64,000 nucleotides of DNA. Source: a virus. Lineage: Duplodnaviria > Caudoviricetes. Both the position numbers and the translations under genes were made by a program. The DNA lies in IMG/VR virus record IMGVR_UViG_3300049381_000011, positions 31,942 through 95,941 of that record; one strand, written 5' to 3'. The notes under the pieces are model-generated. The model did no database searches. It saw only the letters and a list, made by a program, of their open reading frames with translations, and was not told the DNA's origin. Each line of letters begins with the position of its first letter. The first letter of the stretch is position 1. This document shows positions 8,244 to 17,895 of this stretch, one piece after another.

Positions 8244-9913
8244 ACGAAGTCCCTTCCGTTCGACTGCCCGGCGGTGACCTTCGCCGCCGCCGTGTCAGCG
8301 CGCCGGCCCAACACCTGCGCTTTGAACTGGGTGTAGGTCATGCGCCCATTGTCAGACCACCAGCGCAGCAGATCCTCCGACGCGTACTTGCGTGCGGTGG
8401 CCAGCGGACCGGAGAACAGCATCACCGGGTCCATCCGGATGGACTTCCCTGCCGAGTTGAGCAGATGCCCACGCGTGTCGGCTTCGGCCTGGGCGTAGCG
8501 CAGGCTCACCCACTCGTCGTACTGGCGGCGGACCGCCCGGTCGGTCGTCTCCGCGCCGCTGCGGTCGACCGCCGAGGTGGCCTGCTCGGCGCGCATCGAC
8601 GTCGGATCGATGTCGTGCACTGCGGCGTACGCCTCCACGTAGTCCATACCCCGGCCGAGGAGCTCGTCCAGGCGCCGGTCCTGTTCCGGTGTCGGCTCCC
8701 GCCACTGCGTCGGTCGGGATCTCGCTGTCTGGCTGGTGCCGCGGTCGGGTGGCCCGTACCTCAGCCGGTCATTGCGGTCGACGCCGGCGAACTCGGCCAG
8801 GTCCCGGAACGCGGTGATGAACAGTGCGGCCTGCTGGTTCTCGGTGCGGGTGTCCCACCGGTGCGCCACCTGAATGTCGGCGAGCGGTGCGGTGTCGGCG
8901 AGCCCGTACGCGTGACGCATCGCCATCGCGTACCGGTCGTGGGTGGATGGGTCACCGGCAGCGCGGTCCTTCTGCGCCTGCTCGCTGATCTCTTTCCACG
9001 TGTCCCACGGCTTCGCGACGTTCGCCGCCCGGACCGCTTTCCGCGGTACGGTCAGCCCGCCCTCATCAGCGGGTCCGCGCTGCCATTCCCGCGCGTCGAC
9101 GGGCAGGTTCCCGAACTCGGCTTCGTGCCGGTACCAGGCCAAATACCACGATGTTCGTTCCTCCACCGACATGGAGTCGGCTGCTTCGGCGGCCCGAATG
9201 TCCTTCTCGCCGGCGTCGTCGGGCAGCCCGAGCGTCCGCTGCTGCGCGGTAGTCATCCGACGTCGGTCGGGGGACGACGAGTCGGTCGTGGCGTAGCTCT
9301 GGATCAGTCCCCACTGGCCGACGGGGTTACTGACCAGTGCCGGACCCTGCGGCCCGGCGGCTTTACGCCGGTCGTGGTCCTCACGCCGGTCCATCTCGTC
9401 GACGAGGCGCTGCATCAGCGACTCATCACCAAGCTCGGTAGCGAACGAGAACACCTCGTACAGCTCGTCTTCGCCGAGGTCTTCCGGCCGTTTGTTGAAC
9501 GCGGCTGATTCGAGCGCGGCCCGCGCTGCGAGCTCCTTTTTCAGCTCGCTGCGCCGGTGGATCTCCGTCCCGTACTGCGTTCCCAGGTCGCTGCCCATGT
9601 TGGCGATGACACCGGCGAACAGTTCACTGTCGGGGACCTGTGACAGGTCCGGGCGCATCGGCGACACCACCCGGACCGGCGCCGGGTCGACGTCGGCGGC
9701 CGCCGTGCCCGACTCGACGGTCACCGGATGGTTGCGCCGCTCGGCGGGGGTGTCGGCGTTCGCCGCGGCGACCTGCGCCATGCGGCGTACCACCACGGCG
9801 GTCCGTCCGGCGAGGCCACGACCGTGGAGGGTGCCACGGCACGCGCAGACGCACGTCGTCCCGTCGGCGTTCGAGCACTCGTCGCTGTGCGGCGCCCCGG
9901 GAATCTCCGCCAT
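8240..9913 (-). CDS. Head-associated protein with CxCxC-H leader, internal repeats and a C-terminal domain resembling actinophage minor-capsid extensions
   Basis: GGAGG RBS; leader shared with 21560..22603; C-term AEADTRGHLLN...LFSGP...KYASEDLLRWW. Confidence 0.7.
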   Translation of the reverse strand: MAEIPGAPHSDECSNADGTTCVCACRGTLHGRGLAGRTAVVVRRMAQVAAANADTPAERRNHPVTVESGTAAADVDPAPVRVVSPMRPDLSQVPDSELFAGVIANMGSDLGTQYGTEIHRRSELKKELAARAALESAAFNKRPEDLGEDELYEVFSFATELGDESLMQRLVDEMDRREDHDRRKAAGPQGPALVSNPVGQWGLIQSYATTDSSSPDRRRMTTAQQRTLGLPDDAGEKDIRAAEAADSMSVEERTSWYLAWYRHEAEFGNLPVDAREWQRGPADEGGLTVPRKAVRAANVAKPWDTWKEISEQAQKDRAAGDPSTHDRYAMAMRHAYGLADTAPLADIQVAHRWDTRTENQQAALFITAFRDLAEFAGVDRNDRLRYGPPDRGTSQTARSRPTQWREPTPEQDRRLDELLGRGMDYVEAYAAVHDIDPTSMRAEQATSAVDRSGAETTDRAVRRQYDEWVSLRYAQAEADTRGHLLNSAGKSIRMDPVMLFSGPLATARKYASEDLLRWWSDNGRMTYTQFKAQVLGRRADTAAAKVTAGQSNGRDFV

Positions 9914-9926
9914 GCTGGCCTGCCTC

Positions 9927-11126
9927 CTACGTGCTGGTCGGAAGATGCTCGGGGATGCCCAGGAGCGCGGCACGGTCGTTGACCCGGCCAGCCGGGGGGA
10001 TGATCCCGGCGCCGATCTGCTCCCGGTAGTGGACCCGGGTGAGTTTGTGGCGACGGATGTGAGCGGCCATCTCGGCGTCCCATACGGCGATCCGGTTGAG
10101 GGCCTGGCGGTGCGCCTGGTCGGTCAGCGACGTGAGCGCCATCTCGCGCCAGTGACGCAGCGTCCGTTCGATCTCACGCTGCCGGGCCCGGGCGGTGTTC
10201 CCGTCGGGGTCGGCGGTCCGGCCGGCTTTGATGAGCAGCGACACCCCCGGCCGGTACGACCGGATGGTGTGCAAACAGTTGGGGTGCATGAGCCCGGCGG
10301 CCATCGCCTGGTCGAGCGTCGCGACGACGTTGACGGTGACGGCGACACCGGTCCGGGCGTGCGGGACCTGCTGCCAGCCTGTCGGCCCCCACAAGGCGAG
10401 CACCTGCTGTTCCCACGGCCTGCAGCGCGGGCATTCGCCCGGACGATCGTCGACGGACACCAGCCGGACGCCGGCGGCAGTGAACTCGTCGACGAGGCCA
10501 ACGATCGCGGCGCGGTGAACAGCGGTCCGGACCGACATGTCCACGTAGGTGTGCAGGCGCAGCTGCCGGCCGTCGCTGGTCGTGAACGTCGTGATGCCGC
10601 GGGCGGCGAGCGCCGACCAGGCGGCCTGCGCGGCTTGCCTAGTTGTGACGGCGCCGGACAGGCGGCGCGCTGCAGCGCCGGCGACAGCACGCCGGTACAC
10701 GTCGATGGTGCGGGGCAGGATCGCCGCGTGAAGCGGCCGGAGCTCCTGGACGGTTGCGTCGGCGAGCGCCTGGATTGCTGCGGAGCCGCGGCGCGCTGCA
10801 GCACCGGCTGGTAGGCCTGCGGGGCGGATGGTGGGGGAGCCGTACGCCGCGAGCTCCGCGACGGCGTCGTGCGCTCCGGAGCGCCAGCCGGCGGCGATCG
10901 CGGCCCGGACCTCGCGGCCGCTGGCGAGGGTCAGCGAGACGGCGATTTTCTGCGCGTCTCGGCGTAGGGCGTGGATTTGATCGAGGCGGGTTTTCTGCCA
11001 GTCGGTGGCGTCGAGTCCCAGCGCGAGCCGGTCGGTGATCGCGCGGAGGAGCGCTGTTTCGCCTTCGCGGTAGATCGACGCTGTCGTGGCGGCGATCGCG
11101 GCCACATTGTGCATGTCAACCGGCAT
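9927..11126 (-). CDS. Phage minor capsid protein (MuF-like)
   Basis: YVDMSVRTA, ECPRCRPWE, GLMHPNCLH, QREIERTLRHW, REQI motifs. Confidence 0.85.
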   Translation of the reverse strand: MPVDMHNVAAIAATTASIYREGETALLRAITDRLALGLDATDWQKTRLDQIHALRRDAQKIAVSLTLASGREVRAAIAAGWRSGAHDAVAELAAYGSPTIRPAGLPAGAAARRGSAAIQALADATVQELRPLHAAILPRTIDVYRRAVAGAAARRLSGAVTTRQAAQAAWSALAARGITTFTTSDGRQLRLHTYVDMSVRTAVHRAAIVGLVDEFTAAGVRLVSVDDRPGECPRCRPWEQQVLALWGPTGWQQVPHARTGVAVTVNVVATLDQAMAAGLMHPNCLHTIRSYRPGVSLLIKAGRTADPDGNTARARQREIERTLRHWREMALTSLTDQAHRQALNRIAVWDAEMAAHIRRHKLTRVHYREQIGAGIIPPAGRVNDRAALLGIPEHLPTST

Positions 11127-11150
11127 CCAACACCCCGTTAAAGCGGATAT

Positions 11151-11230
11151 GACATGTTGACGATTTACCGCTTTCCGGTTAATGTAAAGACACCCGGGCG
11201 CTGGAACGCCCACCACGACCAGGAGGAACC
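11151..11230 (+). promoter_or_regulatory. Shared promoter (TTGACG-17-TAATGT) plus CTGGAA hairpin and RBS
   Basis: Matches copies at 27089, 29967 and 63935. Confidence 0.75.
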
Positions 11231-11232
11231 CC

Positions 11233-11586
11233 ATGGCACGTGAACTCAGCCCCCTCGCCCAGGCCGCGAAGACCGTCCGGGCGCAGATCAAGGTCGACCG
11301 GGCCGCAGGCAAGTACGAAGGCCTGCCCGCCGAGGTGAAGATCTCCGTACGGTCCGAGACCGCGAGCATGTACTCCAACCTGGCCATCGACCTGAGCGGC
11401 GTCCCCATCCAGTGGGGATGGGAGCACGGCGGCAAACCCGCGCCGGCGCTGAAGAAGATCGCTGAGGCGCTCGCCGACCTGGGTCGCGAGCACGCACCCT
11501 CGCACTCCTGGGTGAGCGTCACCGAAGACGACGCGCTGAGCCTCGCCAGCCGCTACATGGAGGGATGGCAGCCCGGTCGGGACTGA
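11233..11586 (+). CDS. Hypothetical moron-like protein
   Basis: Own promoter, AGGAGG RBS and terminator; opposite strand to head genes. Confidence 0.7.
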   Translation: MARELSPLAQAAKTVRAQIKVDRAAGKYEGLPAEVKISVRSETASMYSNLAIDLSGVPIQWGWEHGGKPAPALKKIAEALADLGREHAPSHSWVSVTEDDALSLASRYMEGWQPGRD

Positions 11587-11590
11587 CCGT

Positions 11591-11638
11591 CACGTCAGGC
11601 GCCCTGGGCTGAACGTCTGGCCTGGGGCGCCTGACGTG
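11591..11638 (+). terminator. Hairpin terminator
   Basis: cacgtcaggcgccc...gggcgcctgacgtg. Confidence 0.6.
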
Positions 11639-11721
11639 TCAGCACTGGCCACGTTATTCCGATTTATCGCCAGACGGAAAGTGTGAGACTACATACAGCG
11701 TCCCACGTAAGGAGCAAAGCA

Positions 11722-12843
11722 ATGCCCGATCCATACATGCGAATTGATGACCTGTTCAGTCCGGCGCTGCTCGCCGCGTCACTCGCGACTGGTCACGTCC
11801 GTCAACAGCTCCACCCGACCGAACCCCTGGCGATCCTCAACTACACCGAGATCTGCCAGTACACGAACGTGTGGGACGAGGTGACCTTCGCCTGCCGTGG
11901 CCTGATCTTCAACACCCAGACCCGCCAGATCGTCGCCCGCCCGTTCCCGAAGTTCTTCAACCACGGCCAGACCGGCGCCCCCGACATTCCGCTGAACGCT
12001 GCCGTCGAGGTGACCGACAAGGCCGACGGCAGCATGGGCATCCTGTACGAGCTGCCCTCCGGCGGCCACGCGATCGCGACCCGGGGCTCGTTCACCTCCG
12101 ACCAGGCGCTACACGCGACCGAGGTGTGGGACACCCGCTACATCGACCAAGTCACGCCGCTGCCCGGCACCACCGCACTATTCGAGATCATCTACCCGGC
12201 GAACCGGATCGTTGTCGACTACCGCGACGTCGACGACCTGGTCCTGCTCGGCGGAGTACAGATCGCCGACGGCATCAACCTGTCACCACAGATCATGCGA
12301 GCGGCGATCGGCTGGACCGGCCCGCTGATCGCCGTCATGCCCTACGCGACCCTCGCCGAGGCGCTCGCCGCCGAACCCCGCCCGAACAGCGAGGGCCTCG
12401 TCGTCACCTGGCCCGGCGGCGGCTGGTCACGGGTGAAGGTCAAGCAGGAGGACTACGTCCGGCTGCACCGCATCGTCACCGGCCTGACAGCCCGGGTCAT
12501 CTGGGAGCACCTGGCCCAGGGCCTGCACCTGCTGGAGCTGATCGCCGGCCTGCCCGACGAGTTTCACGCCTGGGCCCGCGCCGTCGCCGACTCGCTGGAG
12601 TCCGAGGTCCAGGACCACCACGAACGGATCACGAAGGAATACGCGGGGATCATCGACGAGATGCGGTACGCCGAAACGCTCGAGCGCCGTGACTTCGCCG
12701 ACCGGGTCGCTGACCACCCCGACAAGTGGGCGTTGTTCTTCCTCCTGGACCAGCGTGACATCCGCCCTGGTCTGTGGCAGATGGTCCGTCCGGCGGCGGG
12801 GTGGACACCGTCAGGGCGCACGTACAGCGACGCCGTAGCCTGA
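11722..12843 (+). CDS. T4 Rnl1-family RNA ligase
   Basis: CRGLI, RPFPKFFN, motif I KADGS, ATRGSF, FEIIYPANRIVVDY, EGLVV, KVKQEDY. Confidence 0.9.
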   Translation: MPDPYMRIDDLFSPALLAASLATGHVRQQLHPTEPLAILNYTEICQYTNVWDEVTFACRGLIFNTQTRQIVARPFPKFFNHGQTGAPDIPLNAAVEVTDKADGSMGILYELPSGGHAIATRGSFTSDQALHATEVWDTRYIDQVTPLPGTTALFEIIYPANRIVVDYRDVDDLVLLGGVQIADGINLSPQIMRAAIGWTGPLIAVMPYATLAEALAAEPRPNSEGLVVTWPGGGWSRVKVKQEDYVRLHRIVTGLTARVIWEHLAQGLHLLELIAGLPDEFHAWARAVADSLESEVQDHHERITKEYAGIIDEMRYAETLERRDFADRVADHPDKWALFFLLDQRDIRPGLWQMVRPAAGWTPSGRTYSDAVA

Positions 12844-12877
12844 CCCACCTGGCAGCCCGACCGCCACCCCCACGGGG

Positions 12878-14539
12878 CTACGGTCGGGCTTCGTCGTCTG
12901 CCGGCCCGGGCCCGGGCTCGCCTGGCTTGCCGGGTGCGGTGTCGCCGGCGACACCGGTGCCTGGGTCGGCAACCGGCGGCGGGGCGTCCTCCTCACGGAT
13001 CCGGATCACCTCCTGCTCGATCTTCTTCGCATCCCAGTCCGGATGCAGCCTGCTGACAAGGGTGTGGACGGACGCGGCCCGGGCGCTGGCGAGCAGCTGC
13101 AGCGTTGTCGCCTCCTGCTGCGGGTCGACCGCCACCCCGTCCGGCCAGTTGACCTTCGGCATCGCGGCGACCATGCCGTCCTTGCCGAACTGTTTGATGT
13201 CGATTTCCTGCATGGCGTAGGCCAGCCGGGCGATCGGCCCCCGCGCGTACAGGAGTTTCTTTCCCCTGGTCCGGTACGAGGCTGCCTCCCGCGCGACCAC
13301 TTCCGTTGCTGTCGCGGCGACCTCGTCAGCCTCACCGAACGTTTGCGTGGAGTAGCCGGATCCGCGCAGGATCTGCGCCACCAGCTGCGTGCACGTACGG
13401 TCGTGCTGCTCGACTCTGATTTCAAACTGGACGTGCTCCAGCTTCATGCCGCCTTCGGTGGAGTCGATCAGGTCGACGCCGGTGAAGACCTCCTGCTCCA
13501 GGTCAAACGTCGCGCCGGCGCCACGACCAGCGGTCCGTAGGTAGGACTTCGGGACGATGATCCTGCCCTTGCCCAGGCGCAGGTCACGCATCCATGACGT
13601 CCACGCCTCGTCGAGGGCGTCCATGAGCGGCTCGACACCCTGGTAGTCCGACCGGCCCAGCGGCGACCCGCGCAGAATCCGGTTCGGGCGCATGTTCGGC
13701 AGGTACTCGACTGCCATACCGGTAGCACCGGTCACGATCGTCGTCCCGTCGGCCGGGTCGACGAGCAGAGCGAACGCCGTCGTTTCCGGATGCGCGGTCA
13801 GCGGCATCCGATGGCCGAGTTTCCCCTCGTCCGTCGACCTGTACAGAGCGTGTTGGACCTGGGCGGCGCGGTGGTATTCGAGGTGGCGCCACCAGTACTT
13901 GCTGTCGGTGCCCTCCAGCCGTTCCAGATGCCGCCAGAACGTCACCCCGACGAGCTGCTGGCCACGCCACTCCGGCACAGCAGCGTCAGGTGGGATCGCG
14001 TCGAGCAGCGGATGCGCGGCGACGACCGGGTCCCAGCGGACGCGTAGGTAGGCGCCGCCGTACGCCGCGGCGATCTCGCCAGCCTCCAACCAGATCGCCT
14101 GCGCGTTGGCCAGTTCCAGGATGTCGTTCAGCCGGTCTTTCGTCGGGTTCGTTGCCGGGCCCGCATCATCGTCCGGTTCCTCGCCGCCCAGCGTGGGGAA
14201 CAGGAATTCGGGTGGCTCACCGAACAGCAGGTCCGCGGACGTTGCCGCGACGTCACCGGCGAGCGGGATGTGGAGCTTGTGCTGTTTGGTTGATCCGGCG
14301 CCGGGTGGGCTGCCCCAGAACCGGCGCTGGATCCCGCGGGCGATCGCCGTCACGAACCGGGCGCCGGCCGGCTGCCCGGTCGGGAGCTCGCTACCGGGCC
14401 CGAACCCTGGCGTGTCCTGGTAGACGGCGGCGAGCTCTTCCGGGTCGCCGCCGTACCAGGCACCCCATTGCGCGTACAGCTTGTTCGCCGCGGCCGTCGA
14501 CGGCGGTGGCCACGCGACGTTAGTGACGGGCAGCGGCAT
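12878..14539 (-). CDS. Phage portal protein
   Basis: KLHIPLAGDVAATSADLLFGEPP, LGRSDY, LDEAWTSWMRDLRLGKGRIIVP, TATEV. Confidence 0.9.
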   Translation of the reverse strand: MPLPVTNVAWPPPSTAAANKLYAQWGAWYGGDPEELAAVYQDTPGFGPGSELPTGQPAGARFVTAIARGIQRRFWGSPPGAGSTKQHKLHIPLAGDVAATSADLLFGEPPEFLFPTLGGEEPDDDAGPATNPTKDRLNDILELANAQAIWLEAGEIAAAYGGAYLRVRWDPVVAAHPLLDAIPPDAAVPEWRGQQLVGVTFWRHLERLEGTDSKYWWRHLEYHRAAQVQHALYRSTDEGKLGHRMPLTAHPETTAFALLVDPADGTTIVTGATGMAVEYLPNMRPNRILRGSPLGRSDYQGVEPLMDALDEAWTSWMRDLRLGKGRIIVPKSYLRTAGRGAGATFDLEQEVFTGVDLIDSTEGGMKLEHVQFEIRVEQHDRTCTQLVAQILRGSGYSTQTFGEADEVAATATEVVAREAASYRTRGKKLLYARGPIARLAYAMQEIDIKQFGKDGMVAAMPKVNWPDGVAVDPQQEATTLQLLASARAASVHTLVSRLHPDWDAKKIEQEVIRIREEDAPPPVADPGTGVAGDTAPGKPGEPGPGPADDEARP

Positions 14540-14711
14540 CGTCCGTCGTCTCCTTGCGTCGCTTGCGGCCGGTCATCATGCGGTGGCGGTAGCGCCACGA
14601 GTACGACCCGGTGTCCTCGTCACGGATGAGCTGGAATTCGGGTTTGCAGTCGCATTTGTCGTTCGCGCGATGCTGGCCGGCTTCCGCGTACGGGATGTAG
14701 TGAGCCGTCAT
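14520..14711 (-). CDS. Small hypothetical protein (CxC)
   Basis: MTAHYIP...HRANDKCDCKP; overlaps portal start. Confidence 0.45.
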   Translation of the reverse strand: MTAHYIPYAEAGQHRANDKCDCKPEFQLIRDEDTGSYSWRYRHRMMTGRKRRKETTDDAAARH

Positions 14712-14799
14712 CACCCCTACCCGCCCTTCGTGTACGCGGTTTGAGCTGCAAAAACGGCCCCAGCGGTCTGCTGGAGCCGTCAGGTCGGTCGGGTGTGGC

Positions 14800-15057
14800 T
14801 TAGACGTGCGCGGGACACCAGGCCGTGTGTGAGCCGCCGGCTGCTCGCGCGTCGGTTTCGGTGTCGTACAGGGCCACCGACGTCCGCCACTCCGGGACAT
14901 CCGCGGAGTCGCTGATCACGCGTACGTTGACGGTCCAGGAGCCGTCGGTGCGCTGGCTCCAGACGCGTGTGACCAGCGCGAGCGCTTCCTCCGCGCCGTT
15001 GTTCTTCTGGGCGTCCATCGGGACGATGACTTTCTGGCCGAGGCTGGGTGTCCGCAC
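14800..15057 (-). CDS. Small phage hypothetical protein
   Basis: PSLG..V...ALVTRVW...VNVRV...WRTSV; AGGAG RBS. Confidence 0.6.
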   Translation of the reverse strand: MRTPSLGQKVIVPMDAQKNNGAEEALALVTRVWSQRTDGSWTVNVRVISDSADVPEWRTSVALYDTETDARAAGGSHTAWCPAHV

Positions 15058-15282
15058 AGTGCTCTCCTACGTTGGGTGCGCCGACGTTCGGCGCGGGTCG
15101 GTACGGTGATGTCGTGGCCAGCCGAGTACAGATACAGCAGCAATTCGGCTTGTGGTGTGTGACCTGGGTCGAGCCCCGCCATGGCAGGCCGTGCCGCTTC
15201 TGGCAGTGGCACCGGTCGCAGACGATCGCCTACGACCACGCCGGCGAGCTGATCGCACAGGCGTCCAGCGGGGCGCCGGCTG

Positions 15283-15600
15283 TCAGTTGACGATCGTCCA
15301 GTCGTCGGCGAGGAGGTCCGAGATCGTCGGCACCCACGGGCAGAACGAGCCGTCGGCGGTGGCCAGCATCAGGTACGGGCGGAACACGCAGACGGTGCCC
15401 TCCGGGATACCGGTCGCCTGGGCGGTGTTCCCGTTGATCGCGATCCCGTCCGGGTAGCCCTTCTGCAGCACCACCCACTGACCGGGGCCGTTCCAGCTGG
15501 CCCGGGACACTTTGGACCCTGACTTCAGCTCGGCGAGCGCGTACGAGAAGTCGAGCTCGGCTGGCCGCTTGTTGGCTGGGTCGGGAAAGCTGTGGTCCAT
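15283..15600 (-). CDS. tad2: DUF2829 / Tad2-family anti-defence nucleotide-sponge protein
   Basis: FSYAL..LKSG.KVSR.SWNG...PYL...PWVPT..DLLADDW. Confidence 0.8.
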   Translation of the reverse strand: MDHSFPDPANKRPAELDFSYALAELKSGSKVSRASWNGPGQWVVLQKGYPDGIAINGNTAQATGIPEGTVCVFRPYLMLATADGSFCPWVPTISDLLADDWTIVN

Positions 15601-15678
15601 GGCGGGCGGGCCTTTCGTGATGGGATCCGACAGTCAGCCACCGGAGGCGGCCGCGACGGCGGGCAATAGGTTGGGCTG

Positions 15679-15942
15679 ATGGAGCACACGCTGAACGTCG
15701 AACTTGCCCGGATGAGCCGGCATGGCTGGCGGGTCGATCAGCGGTACGGGGCGCAGGCGACCGTGTCCAGGCCGACGCTGTGGCTGCCTACCTGGGTGCA
15801 CCTGCTGCTGATCGTGCCGACGTGCATGGTCTGGGCTGTGGTGTGGGCGTGGATGCGCAGCACAGGTATGCGTCGCACGTCCAGGCTCGTGACCGTGTTG
15901 CAGCCCGGTCGGGTGACGGTGACGTCGGTCCCGTCGTCGTAG
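15679..15942 (+). CDS. Small membrane protein
   Basis: Hydrophobic HLLLIVPTCMVWAVVW segment. Confidence 0.55.
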   Translation: MEHTLNVELARMSRHGWRVDQRYGAQATVSRPTLWLPTWVHLLLIVPTCMVWAVVWAWMRSTGMRRTSRLVTVLQPGRVTVTSVPSS

Positions 15943-15950
15943 CCGGCCGG

Positions 15951-16298
15951 TTAGCCCTGCAGCTCGTACGCGGTGATTTCCAGCTCGGCGTGCGCGACGT
16001 CGACGAGCAGGTAGCCGCCGTACAGGTTCGCTGGGTACGGACCGAACCGGATCGTTTTCCCCGCGGCGATCGGGGTGATCTTCGGTTCGATGCCTTGGCC
16101 GTCGGATCCGCCGAGGAGGTGGATGGTCACGGACCGGGCGGTCACCCCGCCGTTGGTGTTCTCGACGTCGATGAACATCCGCCCCCGGTTGGGGATCTTG
16201 TGGCCGTCGGCGGGGACGCCCACGGTCGCGACGACGGTGGACAGGTCCAGGCCGTCGGTCCGGTCGACGACGTACGGGGTGATCGTTCCGCGTGCCAT
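15951..16298 (-). CDS. Beta-rich hypothetical protein, possibly virion-associated
   Basis: GGAGG RBS; IRFGPYPANLY. Confidence 0.6.
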   Translation of the reverse strand: MARGTITPYVVDRTDGLDLSTVVATVGVPADGHKIPNRGRMFIDVENTNGGVTARSVTIHLLGGSDGQGIEPKITPIAAGKTIRFGPYPANLYGGYLLVDVAHAELEITAYELQG

Positions 16299-16363
16299 TT
16301 CGTACCTCCACTGATGTAAATGATCTGTTGACACTTGGCGGGACGTAAACGTATGATTTAGCT

Positions 16364-16579
16364 ATGATTTCCGCTGGAACGGTAAGTCTGATCACCCCGG
16401 CCAGGAACGCACCCGCGGCCGCTCACGGCAGCTGCGCCCACTGCATCTGCAACCCGCAGGCCAACCGTGGCCACCACTGCCACCAGGCCGGCTGCACCGC
16501 CTGCACCATCGGCTGCCCCGACGCCGGCGACGACGCCGGCTGCATCCGCGCACACGAAACGGTGACCATCCCGGCCTGA
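16364..16579 (+). CDS. Small Cys/His-rich hypothetical protein
   Basis: Seven Cys; TTGACA/TATGAT promoter-like sequence immediately upstream. Confidence 0.35.
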   Translation: MISAGTVSLITPARNAPAAAHGSCAHCICNPQANRGHHCHQAGCTACTIGCPDAGDDAGCIRAHETVTIPA

Positions 16580-16640
16580 CCTAGGCCCTGTCACACCGGG
16601 GGCGTAAAGATGTCATTTACGCCCCCGGTCAAGGAGCACC

Positions 16641-17006
16641 ATGGCAAAACGCATCGAAACGAGCCCCGACATCGCCCGGGCCGCCGGCGGGTACCTGCGC
16701 GCCAACGGCCTGGGCGACAACGCCGAAACAGCCATCCCCGCAGTCGCCACGCGAATCACTGACTACCGCCCGGAAGCGGTCCCAGACAAGTCGGTCACGC
16801 TGTCCGCGCTCGCCCTGCTGTCCGAGATCCGCACCGTGTACGACCGGCGCGAGCTGGTCCTGATCGACCACGCCCGCCAGCTGGGCGCCACATGGGACGA
16901 GATCGGACGGATGCTCGGCTACAACCCGACCATCCAGGGCGCCGCACAGCGCCGTAAGACCCTCGCCGAGCTCTACCTCCAGGAGGTCACCAGTGAGCAC
17001 CACTGA
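16641..17006 (+). CDS. HTH DNA-binding protein
   Basis: ARQLGATWDEIGRMLG...QGAAQR; AAGGAG RBS; cgtaaa..tttacg palindrome upstream. Confidence 0.7.
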   Translation: MAKRIETSPDIARAAGGYLRANGLGDNAETAIPAVATRITDYRPEAVPDKSVTLSALALLSEIRTVYDRRELVLIDHARQLGATWDEIGRMLGYNPTIQGAAQRRKTLAELYLQEVTSEHH

Positions 17007-17535
17007 CAACCTTTTCGCACCGTCACCCGAACCGGCCTTCCGCGCCCGGACCGACGTCCAGGCCACCGTCGACCGGATCATCGCGCTGATGAAGCCCGAC
17101 GGCTCCGGCTTCACCGAACGCCAGGTGCCGGGCTACTCCTTCACCGACCGCGTACCCGACCCGCTGCTCGCCATCCAAGCGGCGCAGCTCGTCCGTGACT
17201 ACGCCAGCTCCTACATCGACCGGGCAGCCCTGCTCGCCCGCCGGGAAGGCACGTCGTGGGCCGACCTGTTCACCCTGCTCGCGCTGGAAGCCGTCGACGG
17301 GAAGTCCACGGCGGAGGTTGCCTACGAGCACGTCCTAGGACCGGATCCGGAACACCAGCCGCTGTGGCAGACACGCACTGTGTCGTGGCACTGCTCAACC
17401 TGCAGCGCGTACGTCACCGACCGGGGACCGTACGAAAGCCACCCCGACGACAACGAAAGCGGCCACACCGCTGACTGCACCCGACACCAGACCGCGATCG
17501 CCGAGTGGCGCGTACGCACCGGATGGGAAGACTGA
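16993..17535 (+). CDS. Hypothetical protein (HTH-like segment plus CxxC)
   Basis: ARREGTSWADL; WHCSTC; AGGAGG RBS. Confidence 0.65.
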   Translation: MSTTDNLFAPSPEPAFRARTDVQATVDRIIALMKPDGSGFTERQVPGYSFTDRVPDPLLAIQAAQLVRDYASSYIDRAALLARREGTSWADLFTLLALEAVDGKSTAEVAYEHVLGPDPEHQPLWQTRTVSWHCSTCSAYVTDRGPYESHPDDNESGHTADCTRHQTAIAEWRVRTGWED

Positions 17536-17852
17536 TGTTCGGACAGACACGCCGCGAGGCGGCAGAAGCCGAACTCGAGCGCGAGCGCCAGGCCGTGGAG
17601 CGGCAGGAGCGGGACGCGCGAGATGAGGAGAGGCGAGCCGAAGCTAGACGCACTCAGGAAGCCCAGGCCGCCGAGCATGCAGCCAAGATCCAAGCGCGCA
17701 TCGCAGAGGTTCTAGCGCTTACCCCTGAGGAGCACATTCAGCGGGCCGCCAATTGGTCAGCCGAGCCCTTCAGCAGCGACCATGTGATCAAAGTCCAGAA
17801 CGCGATCCAGACCGAGCTCCTGTGGGCGCTCGTGAAACGACGCAGCTCATGA
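17535..17852 (+). CDS. Coiled-coil hypothetical protein
   Basis: TGATG coupling; E/R/A-rich. Confidence 0.6.
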   Translation: MFGQTRREAAEAELERERQAVERQERDARDEERRAEARRTQEAQAAEHAAKIQARIAEVLALTPEEHIQRAANWSAEPFSSDHVIKVQNAIQTELLWALVKRRSS

Positions 17853-17895
17853 CCGACGTACAGCGGATGACATCGACAATCCGGCTCCTCCGTGC

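Noticed and set aside
9927-11522. 531-aa minor capsid start
   Set aside because: The extension overlaps the plus-strand gene and its promoter; start 11126 is preferred.
16371-16382. Eighth CTGGAA hairpin
   Set aside because: Only a 3-bp stem and no matching GACCAGG-RBS-start spacing.
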